A stretch of 62,399 bases of DNA, filler included, from Rhabdomonas costata (lineage: Eukaryota), in assembly GCA_019059605.1 (NCBI GenBank). It is 31 parts of 31 records of this genome, joined end to end, with 100 filler letters (N's around TTAATTAATTAA, not from the genome) between each part and the next. Parts side by side here need not be neighbours in the genome. Positions count along the whole stretch, not along the records: positions 1 to 1,914 come from JAHMHO010007396.1; positions 2,015 to 3,932 come from JAHMHO010007397.1; positions 4,033 to 5,950 come from JAHMHO010007398.1; positions 6,051 to 7,967 come from JAHMHO010007399.1; positions 8,068 to 9,984 come from JAHMHO010007400.1; positions 10,085 to 12,001 come from JAHMHO010007401.1; positions 12,102 to 14,018 come from JAHMHO010007402.1; 24 more parts are not named here. One strand, written 5' to 3'. The position numbers and the translations under genes are program-made. A model generated the notes under the pieces. The model worked only from the letters and a program-made list of their open reading frames with translations. It was not told where the DNA came from and made no database searches. Below, piece after piece: positions 1-12,196 of this stretch (position 1 is the first letter of the stretch; every line of letters starts with the position of its first letter).

Positions 1-1914
1 TTTGTGGGGGGAAAAGGAAAGAGCAATGGCCATTCGGCCAAAATGAGCGGTAACAGACCTTAGGAGGAAGGACGCTCCTGAAGGCGGGCGCTGAAGCAGT
101 TAGCGGCGCCAATGAATTTACGGTCTGTTTCCCCAACTTTTTCGAACAAGCGGCTAACGAAAATACGAGTGAGCCAAAAACCGCCGATATTTTCCTTTGG
201 GAACACAGGATGCAACTGGTTAGGGCCATTTTTCGGGAGGCGAGCGCTTGTATGGGGGAACCGTCAAAGAGAATTCAATCCGACCGTCCCTCCCACCAAA
301 TTGCTCTTTTGAATCGTGTGAAGAAGGCTGACCCCGAAGAACTGGTTTTGCTCTTGCTTTGTTCTTCTCTTGCTGTTGTTTGTTTCGAACGCGCCAGTTG
401 GGAGGAAGGCATCGACCCGACGGACGACCAAAGGTCGAATCCACAAAACGAGTTGCCGCGGGGAAAGGAAAGCCATGCCACTGTTGGATGTCAGCTTTCG
501 TGCGGGCGTCCGGTTGCAAGTTCCCTTTCCCGGTGCAAGAAAAAGTCCTGGCGAAAGATACACCCCAACATGAATCGTTTTGCACACAAATCAGGCGTAC
601 TCACACGTCCGCAGAACACACAAACGAAGCCACGGCACCACACGACCTTGGGGGCCCAGCAAACCCCCAAGCGCATTCCCACAAAGTCGCCCCCAGTCGT
701 GGCCCGGATGGGGGTACGGCAGTGGAGCCGAGAAAAGCATGAAAAAGGACAAAGAAAGAGAGCCAGCAACAACCAATTAGCTGAAGGGAGGCGGCACCCA
801 GATGTCCAGGGGCGGATTGGCCACCGCTGGTTCAATTTACCAATTGGTCACCCCCCCAGACCCAAAGCTTTCCCCTCCGCAATGGTTCGACCGCCCCGTG
901 CTCCCTGTACTCACGCCAACCTATCGTGCACACAGAATGGCCAGGGGCCTGTCCAGGCACAATCGGAGAGGCGCGCGCAGACGAAAGGTGAGCGAAGGAA
1001 GGATGGAGGCGGTGCTGGAAAAGGGCAAGCGCACATTGACACAGAAAAAAGACACGAAGGGAATCGTAAGGCGAGGGGAGGGGAGGGGAGGGCTGAGTCA
1101 CACCCATGATGCATGGCTCAGAAACAAAAAGCACGGACCACACGGACAGGCACGGAATGTACAGCGGACGCACATGGCACAGCACATCGCCTTTTTTACA
1201 TGGAGGCGGTGAGGTGAGTGCGGGAAACCACCTCCTGTTTTCCACAAGGGAGTGGGTAGAGGGGAGAGAGAGAGGTGATTTCCCGGTCTTGCCAGCACCG
1301 CTCCGTCCTCACTTTTATCGGCCTTTGCTTCGCTCCCATTGTCCCGTGGGACGCGGGTGCCGATCGTTTTATGTTGTGAGACTGCGAGAGGCCAGTAGAG
1401 ATGAGAGATAATAAGGCAGTGAGAAATGGTCGGAAGAGACTATCCATCCATTTGGGGTTTGACGGTTTTCAGTGTGTGTAAGTACAAGTGTGTGCGTCAA
1501 TAAGTGTGTACCTGTATTTGAGCGCTTCCTTGAAGCGGAAGTAGAACCACGTGGTGACATGGGTTTCAGGTGTGTGGGGCGTAATCACAGGTTGAGTGAC
1601 TGGCCAGAACACACCTCACGCCGAAGCACACCCCACCATCTTCTCCACTCCTCTCTTTCTTCCTCTGAAAAGCACACTGCCACAGACCGGCGCCCAAAAC
1701 TACCAAGCAAGCCTGGAAGGAGGAGAAGGGAGCGGGTGCGTGTGTGTGGATGGTGGGAAGTCACCAGGAGCGGCTCTGCATCCAGCTCCAGGTTTGTGAT
1801 TGTGTGTGTAGGTCTGTGCGATCGTATAACAAGGGTACACTCGCGGTGGCCGTCCAACCAAGGACGTCATCTCCGCAGGCGCATCGATGAGTAAGGTATG
1901 TCACGCAACACCAC

Positions 1915-2014
1915 NNNNNNNNNNNNNNNNNNNNNNNNNNNNNNNNNNNNNNNNNNNNTTAATTAATTAANNNNNNNNNNNNNNNNNNNNNNNNNNNNNN
2001 NNNNNNNNNNNNNN
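1915..2014. other. Artificial contig spacer (N44-TTAATTAATTAA-N44); first of 30 such spacers
   Basis: The same 100-nt N/TTAATTAATTAA linker recurs every ~2.0 kb. The 12-mer puts stops in all six frames, a standard concatenation linker. Confidence 0.99.
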
Positions 2015-3650
2015 GCGGTATTTTACAGTTGACGAGAGGGATGGGGAGGCGATGGGATGCAATGCGTGTCTATACGCCAATCCTCACTGGAGCCTTATTC
2101 CACATGTTTTGGCAAATGTCTGTCGAGAACGATCTCGGCTGCTTTTGGTGACACCAGAGTGGGTTGAAGCCCCCTGATATCCTTTGCTTAAAGAGCTGAC
2201 GATCAGATGCCAGAGGTGGAGTGGGAGATTGTATTTAGGATCCACAGGAAATCTTAGACCAAGGCCGCGGTGGGCCACGGTGTTTTCCTGCGTGGTTGGA
2301 AAAGAGATTGATGGAGTGTAGAGTGTAATAATTGGGTTATCCACATAGGAGGTCAGAGTGGGTTATCCACAAGTGGAAAGTGGAGTGGAGTGTGTTATCA
2401 GATGGGCAGAAGACGAGTTTTTGATGCTTTGTCCTGTGTGTTTGTACCTTTGTTTCCACTTCAGGAGCAAGGAACAACTCGCCTAAGAAAGAAGAGGACG
2501 GGTAGAAGTTCCTCCCCTCAAGCTACTTCCACAGCGAGACCAAGGTACTGCGCCCGTGGTGTGCCAAATCCACAGCTGAGAGAGAGCAAACCCTCCTGAG
2601 GAGCGGCGAGAGAGATTGCGTGGGTGTGTGGGTGAAGGGTGTGGCTCCACAGCGTTGGTGGTTTGAGAGTGGAGAATCCACAGCGTGCGTTGGTTGTGTG
2701 GAGAGCTCTGACTAAGCTACTGAGTGCTTTTGAGTTTCTCTTTGAGAGTCTTTGAGAGTCTTTGAGAGCTCTGACTAAGCTACTGAGTGCTGAAGTACTT
2801 TCCAGTGTTGCTAAGTCCAGAGTTGAGAATTTCGCAACCACCTGCAAGAACGAGTTAAAGTGATTAGGGTATGCCAGCTGTAGAGTTCGAGAGTTGTATG
2901 TTTTCATCCTCAATCAGAGCTATGATGGTGTGTGATGTGTGAGTGTGTGTCGTGTTTCCAGAGCGTTTGTGGTGTGCTTCACAGCGTTGCGTAAAATCCA
3001 GATGTGTGAGGTTTGTGGTGTGTGGGGAGCCTTTCCGCAGACTGTTGCTCCAGCTGGTGTGTCCTTCTCATCCACAGTTGGTGCAGATTCATTTCATGCT
3101 TCACGAAGACGAGTGCTATACCTACACATACCATTACCATATACACGGGTGTATAGAGGAATCCACATCTAAAGGGGAAAAGGTGCTTTCAAAGTTCCAC
3201 AGGTGGACCGTTCGGGTTATCGGCCGTCTTCCGTCTGCTGGATACGTCCTCCATCCTAGCAGTGGAGAGTGTAACGGTCCAGATCACCCAGGTGTTCCAC
3301 ATCCAGAGACACAGGGGAAAACTAACATGCGTTGGACAGAGACATTTTCCAGAGGTTTCCATGTGCCCTTTTGTCAAGGGTCAGCTGAGACAGAAGTCGA
3401 AGCTCAGCCCATCGTGAGCCAGTTCCTGGCCAGGCCATGGGTCAGGCTATATATCAACCAGCTTGGCGAGAAGGCGAGCAGAGCAGGGCCAGATGAGAGA
3501 GGGAAGGCCAGCAGAGAGACAGTGGGGAAGACCCCGGGCGAGGCAGAGAGCCAGGCCAAGGGAGGAAGTCACGTGAAAGGATTTAGACAGCGCACGAACC
3601 GAAAAGAAATCCACATGGTGTGTTACAGGGTTCCTGAGGAATAAAGTTGC
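2015..3650 (+). repeat. Degenerate interspersed repeat (retroelement/LTR-like), same family as the minus strand of contig 28232-30148
   Basis: 3204-3308 and 3415-3450 align by eye with the reverse complement of 29108-29213 and 28968-29003. Internal 28-bp direct repeat (2701-2728/2764-2791). Strong strand-specific TCCACA enrichment. Ends near an LTR-like TGTTACA (~3626). Confidence 0.5.
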
Positions 3651-4884
3651 ATTCTCACCTTTCTCCCGAGTTTTCACAGGTCAGGCGGATTTTGAGATTT
3701 TGTTCTGACCACCCTTGTGCCCTTGAACGCTAGAAACTACGAGAATTACAGAGAGAGAGAGAGGAGACTACGAAAATTATTGAGCGTGAAAGAGGGGGCG
3801 AGAGAGAGAGGTCCTTGATTAGTTTTTGGTAACTTTTGTGGGTCAGTTAATGCGGAATTAAACCTAACAGGTCGCTTTTTGTTTGAATTTGTGTTGTGTT
3901 TCGCATTAACTGACCCACAAAAGTTACCAAAANNNNNNNNNNNNNNNNNNNNNNNNNNNNNNNNNNNNNNNNNNNNTTAATTAATTAANNNNNNNNNNNN
4001 NNNNNNNNNNNNNNNNNNNNNNNNNNNNNNNNGTTTTTTGTGCTTTTCTTCCTGCTTTTGGTTTCCTTTGGTACCGCTTTTCCCCCGCGGACCTTTGTTC
4101 ACTTGACCCTACCGGCTTGTTTTGAAATTTGCTACCGCAATAGACCAAAACTAAATGAATCCAAATGGAAACCCCCTTTTGCTAGACCAAAACTCCCATC
4201 CCCACAAAACCGCCGGATTTGACCCGAAAACTAGTCCAATGAATTGTTGTAAATAACCCATTCTTTTCATGCACCTTTGCTTTACTTTTCCAAGTTTTTA
4301 CACTCTCTTCTTCCATCACTCAATCCCGTATTTTCCTAATTCCGAAGTGGAACGTGGAACCTGTGTGTTTGTTTTTGGGTTCCTTCTAACGCTTTTGTTT
4401 TGGGATTTGGAAAGAGAAGACTTTAAACTAAAATCCTACCGAAATCAGTGAAGTATTTTGTAAAGTAAGTAAGTATCAGTAAACCGGGCCCTGAGACCAG
4501 TACGAGGTTCGGGAGACAGAGCCCATTTGCATCATCTTTCCGTAATTCCTTTTGTCCATGGGCGTACCGGTTCAAGTTTTGTTGGATCTTGGTAGTGAAA
4601 GTGCCTCTCTCCTTCCAATTGCGCCATTCATCCCCCCCCGAACGGTTATTAAAAACGGACGCAACCCATACGAGGGAAGTGATTGATGTGAGGGGGAAAC
4701 GGTTATGCATCGACCTTTCCCCCCCATCTAACGCTGCCAAATCTTCTATCTTTTCGGAATTTGTTTACTATGTCCTTCCTTCATGCTCAATCTTCTTGTA
4801 TGTCGGCACGCGCCTTTTGAAAGACTGCTGTCGTTGTTTCTTTGCTTGGCGTCATGTGGGACCACAAGGATCTGTAAAAACACC

Positions 4885-4896
4885 TGGTAGCAGAGG
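4885..4896 (+). promoter_or_regulatory. Retrotransposon primer-binding site complementary to the 3' end of initiator tRNA-Met
   Basis: TGGTAGCAGAGG lies 2 nt after an LTR-like ...AACA end and ~200 nt upstream of gag. It matches the complement of eukaryotic tRNA-iMet ...CCUCUGCUACCA. Confidence 0.85.
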
Positions 4897-5096
4897 TTTG
4901 GTGCGACCTACCGGCCTCAGCAGTGTGAATTTCTTTTGTACCTCCTACCGTGTGTCCATTTTTTCTACCGACGTTGAAAGAAAAGGGGTTTATTTCGAAG
5001 GTTTTTGTTTATTTCTACCGCTTTTTTACTACCGGTTTCCATGGAGAAGAAATTCTTTTGAAAAAGGAACCCCCACGCACACATACCGAGAGAAAA

Positions 5097-5950
5097 ATGA
5101 GTGCACCCCCGCAGTCCCCTACCGTGCCCCATGCAGCCCCGTCTTCTTTTAACGAAGCCCCCGCAGTCACCAGACCCTTTACCCCCGAACTACTGGGAGA
5201 AGCAATCACACTAATGGCTCAGAACCAGACCCATCTAATGACCATGATGCAAAACTTTGTACAAGCTACCGGTGCCTCTTTCCAAGCGGTCTCAGGCTCA
5301 CGTTCAGCTGAAGCCTCAGGACTCAGGAAACTACAGGAAAAAGATCCTGAGTTCGAAAAGTTTGACGGCAAGCTAGAACACTTCATGTACTGGCTGGTTA
5401 GAGTGAACGAAAGAAAATGCCAGCGAGAAGTCCCAGACCAAGTTGCCATCCGCTACGCCCAGATGGCCTTTGGAGACGCGGGACGAGGCATCTTCGCTAA
5501 CGGGCAAACCTTCACCTCATGGGACCAGTTCACAGACTTGCTAAAGGCGCAACGCAACCACCTTGTGCAAGCAAGGTCGGGATACAGTCCAACGCGCGCC
5601 GGATCCAGAGGCATCACCACCTCCACAGGTAGGAGCCACGTAAGTGTTCCCGCAATATCGTTAGAGTGTGACACGCACTACCTAACGAAGCACTACCATT
5701 ATCAACATATCTACGAGCTAACGCACAATGTTAAGATGTACAACGGAGATTACCCTGCCTACCAAGCTCAGTTCAAAACATACGTGGATGCCCTACCGGA
5801 ACGCTTCCGTACACCCAACTTGGTTTTTGATTTCATGCAAGGCATGGAGTCCTGGCTTGCTCACAAAGTTGCCAAGAAGAACCCCGTCACCATTGAAGGC
5901 GCTTACGAGATTGGATGGGAAATTTTCAGGGAGCCAAGACCACCCCACAG
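5097..5950 (+). mobile_element. gag: Ty3/gypsy LTR retrotransposon gag (3'-truncated by contig end), with a 126-bp in-frame insertion
   Basis: Intronless ORF after the PBS with capsid-like motifs: FEKFDGK..FMYWL, FTSWDQFTDLLK, Y.AQF..Y, FMQGM..WL...V....P.TIE.AY. Confidence 0.8.
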
Positions 5951-6435
5951 NNNNNNNNNNNNNNNNNNNNNNNNNNNNNNNNNNNNNNNNNNNNTTAATT
6001 AATTAANNNNNNNNNNNNNNNNNNNNNNNNNNNNNNNNNNNNNNNNNNNNAGGCTGAGGATTACAAGCAGAAACGTATGAAACATGAACACAGTAATGCT
6101 GCCTTATAGTTTGGCTGACTCTGAACCACCGGTAGTTTGTTTGCCAGCCGATCTGACCGTAAATTACACCTGAATCCTAAAAGCGAGTCAACGGGAGGAC
6201 ACATCCACTGAAAAACGTCTGATTCCAAATAATTGGTTTTCCAAAACAGAAGTGGCCCTTTTGCAACGGAGAAACGCTCATCCAACCTTTAAACGAGGGT
6301 TTCAGGTCAAATAAGGAGAGCGCACGGTCTTCAAGGTGTTCTTCAAATCAGGCCCATAAGCACCCAGAAGTGCTGGTTCACTCATTGGGCGGGTTATTAA
6401 ATTGGTGAAGGCAACACAAGGAAAGAAGCACACAC

Positions 6436-7670
6436 CGACGTACTCCTCCTCCTGCGGAGTGAGATACAAAATCGAGGTCCCCGCATGGCCCATCCTATGC
6501 AGAGCGAACGTTTTTTGTGCAAGGAGAAGCAACATATCACGTGACCGTCTTTACACGTTTTGGTCTCGGCATTAGCTCACATTTACAAACGAAGTCCTTT
6601 TTTGAACTGTTCTTTCACAAATGGAAGGAAGAACGCGACCTCGGTGCAATACCCAGAGAATCCAATGAATCCAATGAAAAAGAAGCAGGCAAAACAGCTC
6701 CTCACCCAGCGCGGACACCTATGCAAAGGGGAGTGGGTGGGACACAATTGCGGACCTCGCCGTTCTTCCAGCACGATGAATGAAGGTGTCGGGGTCCTGC
6801 GGGGCATCAAACCTGCCGAGCAATTGCAGACGCACTTTTTTCTTGTGAACAAGAAGTATGTGGAAAGCAGCGCGCAATTGTGTCCTACTGCAAATGGGGT
6901 ATGGTGGGCTGGTGAACTGCACTGGCTCGAAACTCTTTTTGCTTGCGATACGCGCACGTGTCACGTATGCTTATGCGCCGGTCGGTGTGGACTACATCCT
7001 TGCTTGCAATCACACATACAGCCGGTGACGACATCCTTCCCGAAAGGAATCCGCTCGAATTGTTTCCTCTCCAGCATTGCCAACCTTTCTCCCCACTAAG
7101 TCATTTAACAACAAATGTGCATTGTGCCCGGCTTGCTCGGGATCCGGCTCCCACTGCAAGACCAGGTTTGGTTTTCACCGCCAGCGGGAAGTCCGTGCGA
7201 AGCTCATGCTCACGCTCTGCTCACATTTCCCGGCTATTCGGATGCATGTCGCACCAACCACGCCGTATACACCTTCACATCTTATATGTTTGTACTCTAA
7301 ATGAAGATGCCTGCCGCATCTCCGGAGATCTGCTAAGCACAGCGCGGGATCACCGACAGCGACAGTCGCCAAGTCGGTTTCTTTGGTGGCTGAGATTCTG
7401 GGGTTCATATGACGAAGGACAGATGGCCAGCCTTCTTTCCAAGCAGCCTTTCCAATCCCTACTCACCGCTGTAGTTTCTGCTTGTAGAGAGTTGAGAGAA
7501 TCAATCTTTCGGTGAAGCTCATCCTCAACTTTAGCTCCCCCAAAATGCTGACGGAGGAAAAACGTACTGAACAATGTAGGGCTCATTGCGGAAGTCAATT
7601 CCTCGCGAAGCCAGGTCGGTCGTCAGCAGCACCGAAGGCCCAGGAGTCACTTGAAACCTCTTCAAAATCC
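6436..7670 (-). CDS. DEAD-box RNA helicase, DDX55/SPB4-like (internal exons 7670-7568, 6812-6756, 6494-6436)
   Basis: Spliced via phase-compatible GT-AG introns: VLLTTDLASRGIDFRNEPYIVQ|FDAPQDPDTFIHRAGRTAR|MGHAGTSILYLTPQEEEYV (helicase motifs V and VI). Confidence 0.88.
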
Positions 7671-8201
7671 CTGAAATCGCCATATTGCAACATATGCCAA
7701 ACAATTGACCAAATGGTTTCGACCGCAACTTAGGTTTCAAAACATCTGGGGAAAAGAGACAAAAAGACGGGGGTGCGCTGGAAAATTGACGGTGCGGTGA
7801 GATCGGATGACTCAAAGGCTTTCTGCCCATTTTTATCGCTGCGCCCCAAACCCAGTCAAAACAGAAATGAGCCAAAATAAAAAAAGTGCGAAAAAAGATT
7901 AGCACTCAGCATTGCGATGGATTTTGTGCGCGAAAGCGTACCCGAACGCTGATTTGCAAACCACAACNNNNNNNNNNNNNNNNNNNNNNNNNNNNNNNNN
8001 NNNNNNNNNNNTTAATTAATTAANNNNNNNNNNNNNNNNNNNNNNNNNNNNNNNNNNNNNNNNNNNNTTCTCCCCAACCCTTTGCGCTTTGAAGCTTCCA
8101 CGAGTTCGGTCCATTTCTCGCTCTGGCCCGCCAAGAAGAGCAGTGCAGAACTCCGTACCGACCCTTTTTTTTTTGACGCCGTGGATGAAAAGGGGTGGAA
8201 C

Positions 8202-8901
8202 CGTGTTTGCGGAAGAAGAGGAGGTCGAGGAGGGCGCTGTCGTGGTCGGAGACTTCGAGGCGACCTCCAGGGTGGACTTCGGATCCAACTGCAAACATAC
8301 CCCCAACCACAGGCAGGTAAAAAACCTTTCCGCTCAACATGGTGAAGGTGACGAGAAAGGCAAAGGCAAAGGGGCCATTCAATGAAGTCAAACCAAACAA
8401 AAAGGAATGGCCCTGAATTCGGTTGGGTTTTTGAACTCTCACTCGTCACAAACATCGACTCAAGTCAGGAAATTTCTCTCCAAGAATTCCCTGTTAAGTC
8501 GACTCAGGAGGAAAAGTCCTTGTGACAGGCTCCAAAAGATTGCATTTGGTTGCGAAAGAAAAGGACAGCTGTGGGCATGTGTCAAAGACAAGGCACAACG
8601 AAAAAGCGAACCTCGATGTCCTCCATGCTCATTGCAAGGGCCTCAATCGCCTCAAACGTGAGACTCGGGTCACTCCACCACGCACGAGCCTCATACTTCT
8701 GCCGGATGTGCTTGTCCAGTCTCCTATACAAGACAAGAGGGAGAAGTGTTGAGACTAGACAAAGAGGGGGGTGTACGCGTACAACATGACCGAAAGCAAA
8801 GATACGACATACGAGTCTGGCCAGCTGCTGTTCGGCCGCTCTGGCAATTGCCTGCCTTCGTATATCGCCTTGGCACGCTCGTTTCCCATTCGTGCAATAA
8901 A
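8202..8901 (-). CDS. ArfGAP-domain protein (exons 8901-8813, 8723-8612, probably 8288-8202)
   Basis: Spliced FIARMGNERAKAIYEG..LPERP...DS|RLDKHIRQKYEARAWW matches the C-terminal half of the ArfGAP domain (GN..A..(W/Y)E; I..KYE). GT-AG boundaries are in phase. Confidence 0.8.
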
Positions 8902-9483
8902 CTGAGGATCCCCAGGCAAACAGTTTTAGAGAGGGCCACCCATCGGAAAAAAAGAAACCCAACAACACACACTAAAATTGCAGGTCAACGTCAGTCAGTC
9001 CAGGTAAGCTGGGTTTACTGCAAGGAAAACCATGGGGAGTACCGACCCACTTAAAGCTTCCGAAAACCTTTGTGGCGTTCAGTTCTCGAGGCGATGAAGA
9101 AGAAGGAGTGCACTTTACTCAATGTGGGTGGGTATCCGAGCCGAAATTGAGTGAAGGATGCACGCATTCAGGTGTTTAAAGGATTAAGGCATGGCTTGGC
9201 AATCAGAAAGGAAATGGGGGAAGACGGGTTGTGCTGGTGCACTTGGCCCTCAGTCTTGTTATGTAGGGTTGGCTTACCCCATGTGACCCCTGATCCACAG
9301 TGTACGCGGGGCATGTACACACCCACACCCACGGAGAAGCGCACTCGTTTCAAGGAAACGCACGCCAGGATTGCAATAAGGAAGCCTCATAGTTGATGCC
9401 CGTAATTGTCTCCGTTGGCAAAAAGAAAACTCTGCCTCCTCGTAATAAATAGGGGGGCAGTGGGGACGCAGTCGCACCGGCCC

Positions 9484-9575
9484 AGATGCTGGAAAGAAGC
9501 TCCACAGAAAGTGCCAGGGAGCCCACCGCGTTGGGCAAATTGTACCCAATCACCTGACAACCACAGTCACGCAGT
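9484..9575 (+). repeat. Copy of an interspersed repeat (probable decayed non-LTR retrotransposon), homologous to 12104-12196
   Basis: AGAAGCTCCACAGA(A/G)AGTGCCAGGGAGCCCAC(C/A)GCGTTGGGCAA is shared by two different contigs. Confidence 0.65.
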
Positions 9576-10084
9576 ACCGCCGCAGGCCCTTTCCTTGCTG
9601 CAGAAACGGGGACGTTTTCTTTCACGTTCCTTTTAGCCCGACACCAGCCACGGCTAATGGCAGCTTATATCCCGCATGAACAGGCACATGCACACATATG
9701 GGCTTTGGCGCGACTGGCGCGAGGCCCAGCCTACCATGCAACCGAGCTAGGATCACAACCCGCGACCTTCAGCCCAAGAACCTTACTTTCCATTCACAAA
9801 GCGCGAGCGCATCAAGCGTCTTGTGCTCATCAAAATCTCAGCCCCACTATTCAAGCTGTCGCATGTCGCAGCAGCAAGGAGTCCGCGCTGAGTTCGCAAG
9901 TCGTTTGCACACAAACTCACCGGAGAGCAGCTGCCCGAGGAGACAAGTTTCGGACGGTGGGGGTGCCACGTGCAACGGCCACCCNNNNNNNNNNNNNNNN
10001 NNNNNNNNNNNNNNNNNNNNNNNNNNNNTTAATTAATTAANNNNNNNNNNNNNNNNNNNNNNNNNNNNNNNNNNNNNNNNNNNN

Positions 10085-11841
10085 TTTTGGTGGTAAGATC
10101 CGCGAGAAGGCCTCCGGGGCGATTTACGCAATGAAGGTGGGGCTGCGCACCACACATATGTCCGGCACTGGAGGGATAGAGTGCCCTTGCATTGGCTCTG
10201 CTGTCCCGTCGCGTTTCTCTGATTCCTCTCACGGGCTCGCTCTCCTCAGGTGGGGAAGGAGGAAGATCATGAGCGGAGGGTGGGTGACGACGAGCAGGTA
10301 ACGAGTCCAGAGGGAATCCGGTTGCAACGGCCTAAGCAGTAGGTGGGAAGAACATTAAAGCAAAGAGCGGCACAAACCCAACAGATCGACAGTCTGCAGA
10401 AAAGACCACCACCATGCATTGTCTACGGTCGTTTGGGTGGACTGCTAAAAAACGCAAAACAAGCAGGGGGGTGTTGGGAATGCTCATGATTGGAGTATTC
10501 CTTCGCTCGTTCGTGTGGGGATCGGTGGTGCACACACCACACGGCGGCGCAGGCGATGTCGAAGGGCCACCTGGTGAAGAACAGCATGGAGCGCACCGCG
10601 TTCGTGGAGCGCGGCGTGCTGCTGGCGCTGCGGCACCCCTTCATTGTGCGGCTGCACCACTGCTTCCAGACCGAGAAGTGCCTGTACCTCGTGATGGACT
10701 TCCACTGTGGTGGCAGCCTAGCGGTGCGCCGTGTGTTTGCGTATACTCAGTGGATACTGGCGTTGTTTTCAAGTTGAGTGCTCTGACGTATATTAGGGCT
10801 CTCCATCATGTGGGGACCCGGGTTTTTCGGTGGCAGAGAGTTTTGGTCGCGATCAAGTTGAAAACGCTGAAGTTAGAAGTATGATGATCACACAGAGATG
10901 ATGTGGACTGTATCTTACGGTCTTATGTGATTTCGATTCGATTGCTTGATAATTGGGGTGACAGTGAATGGGTGGAAATTTGGGTACGCACAGCTGGTTG
11001 AGCCATCTTGCTGGAAGTCGTTAAGCGTCCTAAATAAACGAGAAAGCGTCTTGGAGCAAGCGTCACCTCCACCCCCATCTGTTCTGTGTGTGTGTGTGTG
11101 TGTGCGCGTCATTTGTGTTTTTCTTCTTCTATTTGTGCCCCCCGCGAAAAGGTGCACCAGCAGAGGCTGCGGCGGTTCAGCGAGTCCCACACGCGGTTCT
11201 ACATCGGGGAGGTGGCGCTGGCGCTACGGTATCCCCACAACAAGGGGTGCATGCACCGGGACCTCAAGCTGTGCAACGTCCTCCTCGACCGTGAGGGGCA
11301 CTGCGCCCTCACCGACTTTGGCCTGGTATGGCATCTTTTCCCCGGCTCTCTCGTCTTACCCGACCCGATTTTACCAGTGGGAACTGAATCCGAAGCGTCT
11401 CAGGTCTTTTTTAAACATTCATATGCTGCAAGAGATTACAGAAGGAAGTTTTTCAAAAGCGATATTCCCGGTTTTGATGGAGCAAAAGCACTGGAACAAT
11501 AATTTACAGAAGGAGTACAAAAACTATGAATGTGCCAAAGCAAGGCAGATGCAATGGGATGCTGAGGAGATAAAAGAGAAAGTGAAACGGGTTGTATGGG
11601 GGAAATGGTGGGTCGAATGGAAATAGGTGGGCACTGTGTTTTTTAATCGCCTCTGTGCACTTGGTTGCCTCCTTGTCTTACCGTCCTTTGGGCCACCTCC
11701 ATGCCGAGTCTTCTCGGACTGCACTCGCAGGCCGTGTACAGCTCGGAGGCTCAGACGTTCTGCGGGACCGTGGCCTACATGGCCCCGGAGATCCTGCGCC
11801 ATGAGACCTACACCAAGGAAGTGGACTGGTGGAGCCTTGGA
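10085..11841 (+). CDS. AGC-family Ser/Thr protein kinase (RSK/SGK/PKB-like); exons 10085-10136, 10553-10723, 11152-11325, 11731-11841
   Basis: IYAMK|...[27 protein letters not shown]|..[22 protein letters not shown]|..[12 protein letters not shown]...[11 protein letters not shown]. All introns are phase-0 GT-AG. Confidence 0.93.
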
Positions 11842-12103
11842 GTGTCGGTTTGTTTGTGTGTGTGTGTGCGTGTGTGTGAGTAGCAGGGTGGCGATGCTTG
11901 CGATCTTCGCCTTTTCTCAGATTTGCTCACTGGGTGAAACGTGACATCACCCACAGTTACCGAAACTCGATCCAGTTTCCTCTTCATTGCCCCCCAACAC
12001 CNNNNNNNNNNNNNNNNNNNNNNNNNNNNNNNNNNNNNNNNNNNNTTAATTAATTAANNNNNNNNNNNNNNNNNNNNNNNNNNNNNNNNNNNNNNNNNNN
12101 NCA

Positions 12104-12196
12104 AGATGCTCGCCAGAAGCTCCACAGAGAGTGCCAGGGAGCCCACAGCGTTGGGCAAGTTGTATCCAACCACCTGGCAACCCACAATAACGCAGA
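12104..12196 (+). repeat. Second copy of the 9484-9575 repeat family
   Basis: Direct sequence similarity to 9484-9575. Confidence 0.65.

Noticed and set aside
210-1245. Long ORFs in the first contig (299 aa etc.) and a possible DIRS tyrosine recombinase remnant
   Set aside because: No convincing motif, and the composition looks like shadow ORFs of intron/exon sequence.
1959-1970. TTAATTAATTAA recurring every ~2 kb as a possible regular repeat or CRISPR-like array
   Set aside because: It is always embedded in N-runs and is an artificial concatenation linker.
2337-2371. Two perfect DnaA boxes (TTATCCACA at 2337-2345 and 2363-2371)
   Set aside because: The context is a eukaryotic repeat with general TCCACA enrichment. 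There are no bacterial genes or AT-rich unwinding element.
3824-3932. Perfect 31-bp inverted repeat (3824-3854 / 3902-3932)
   Set aside because: The second arm runs exactly to the contig end, typical of a fold-back/template-switch amplification artefact.
8089-8385. Plus-strand VVVGDFEA resembling a LINE AP-endonuclease motif
   Set aside because: Better explained as the antisense of a spliced S/T-rich exon (8288-8202) of the ArfGAP gene.
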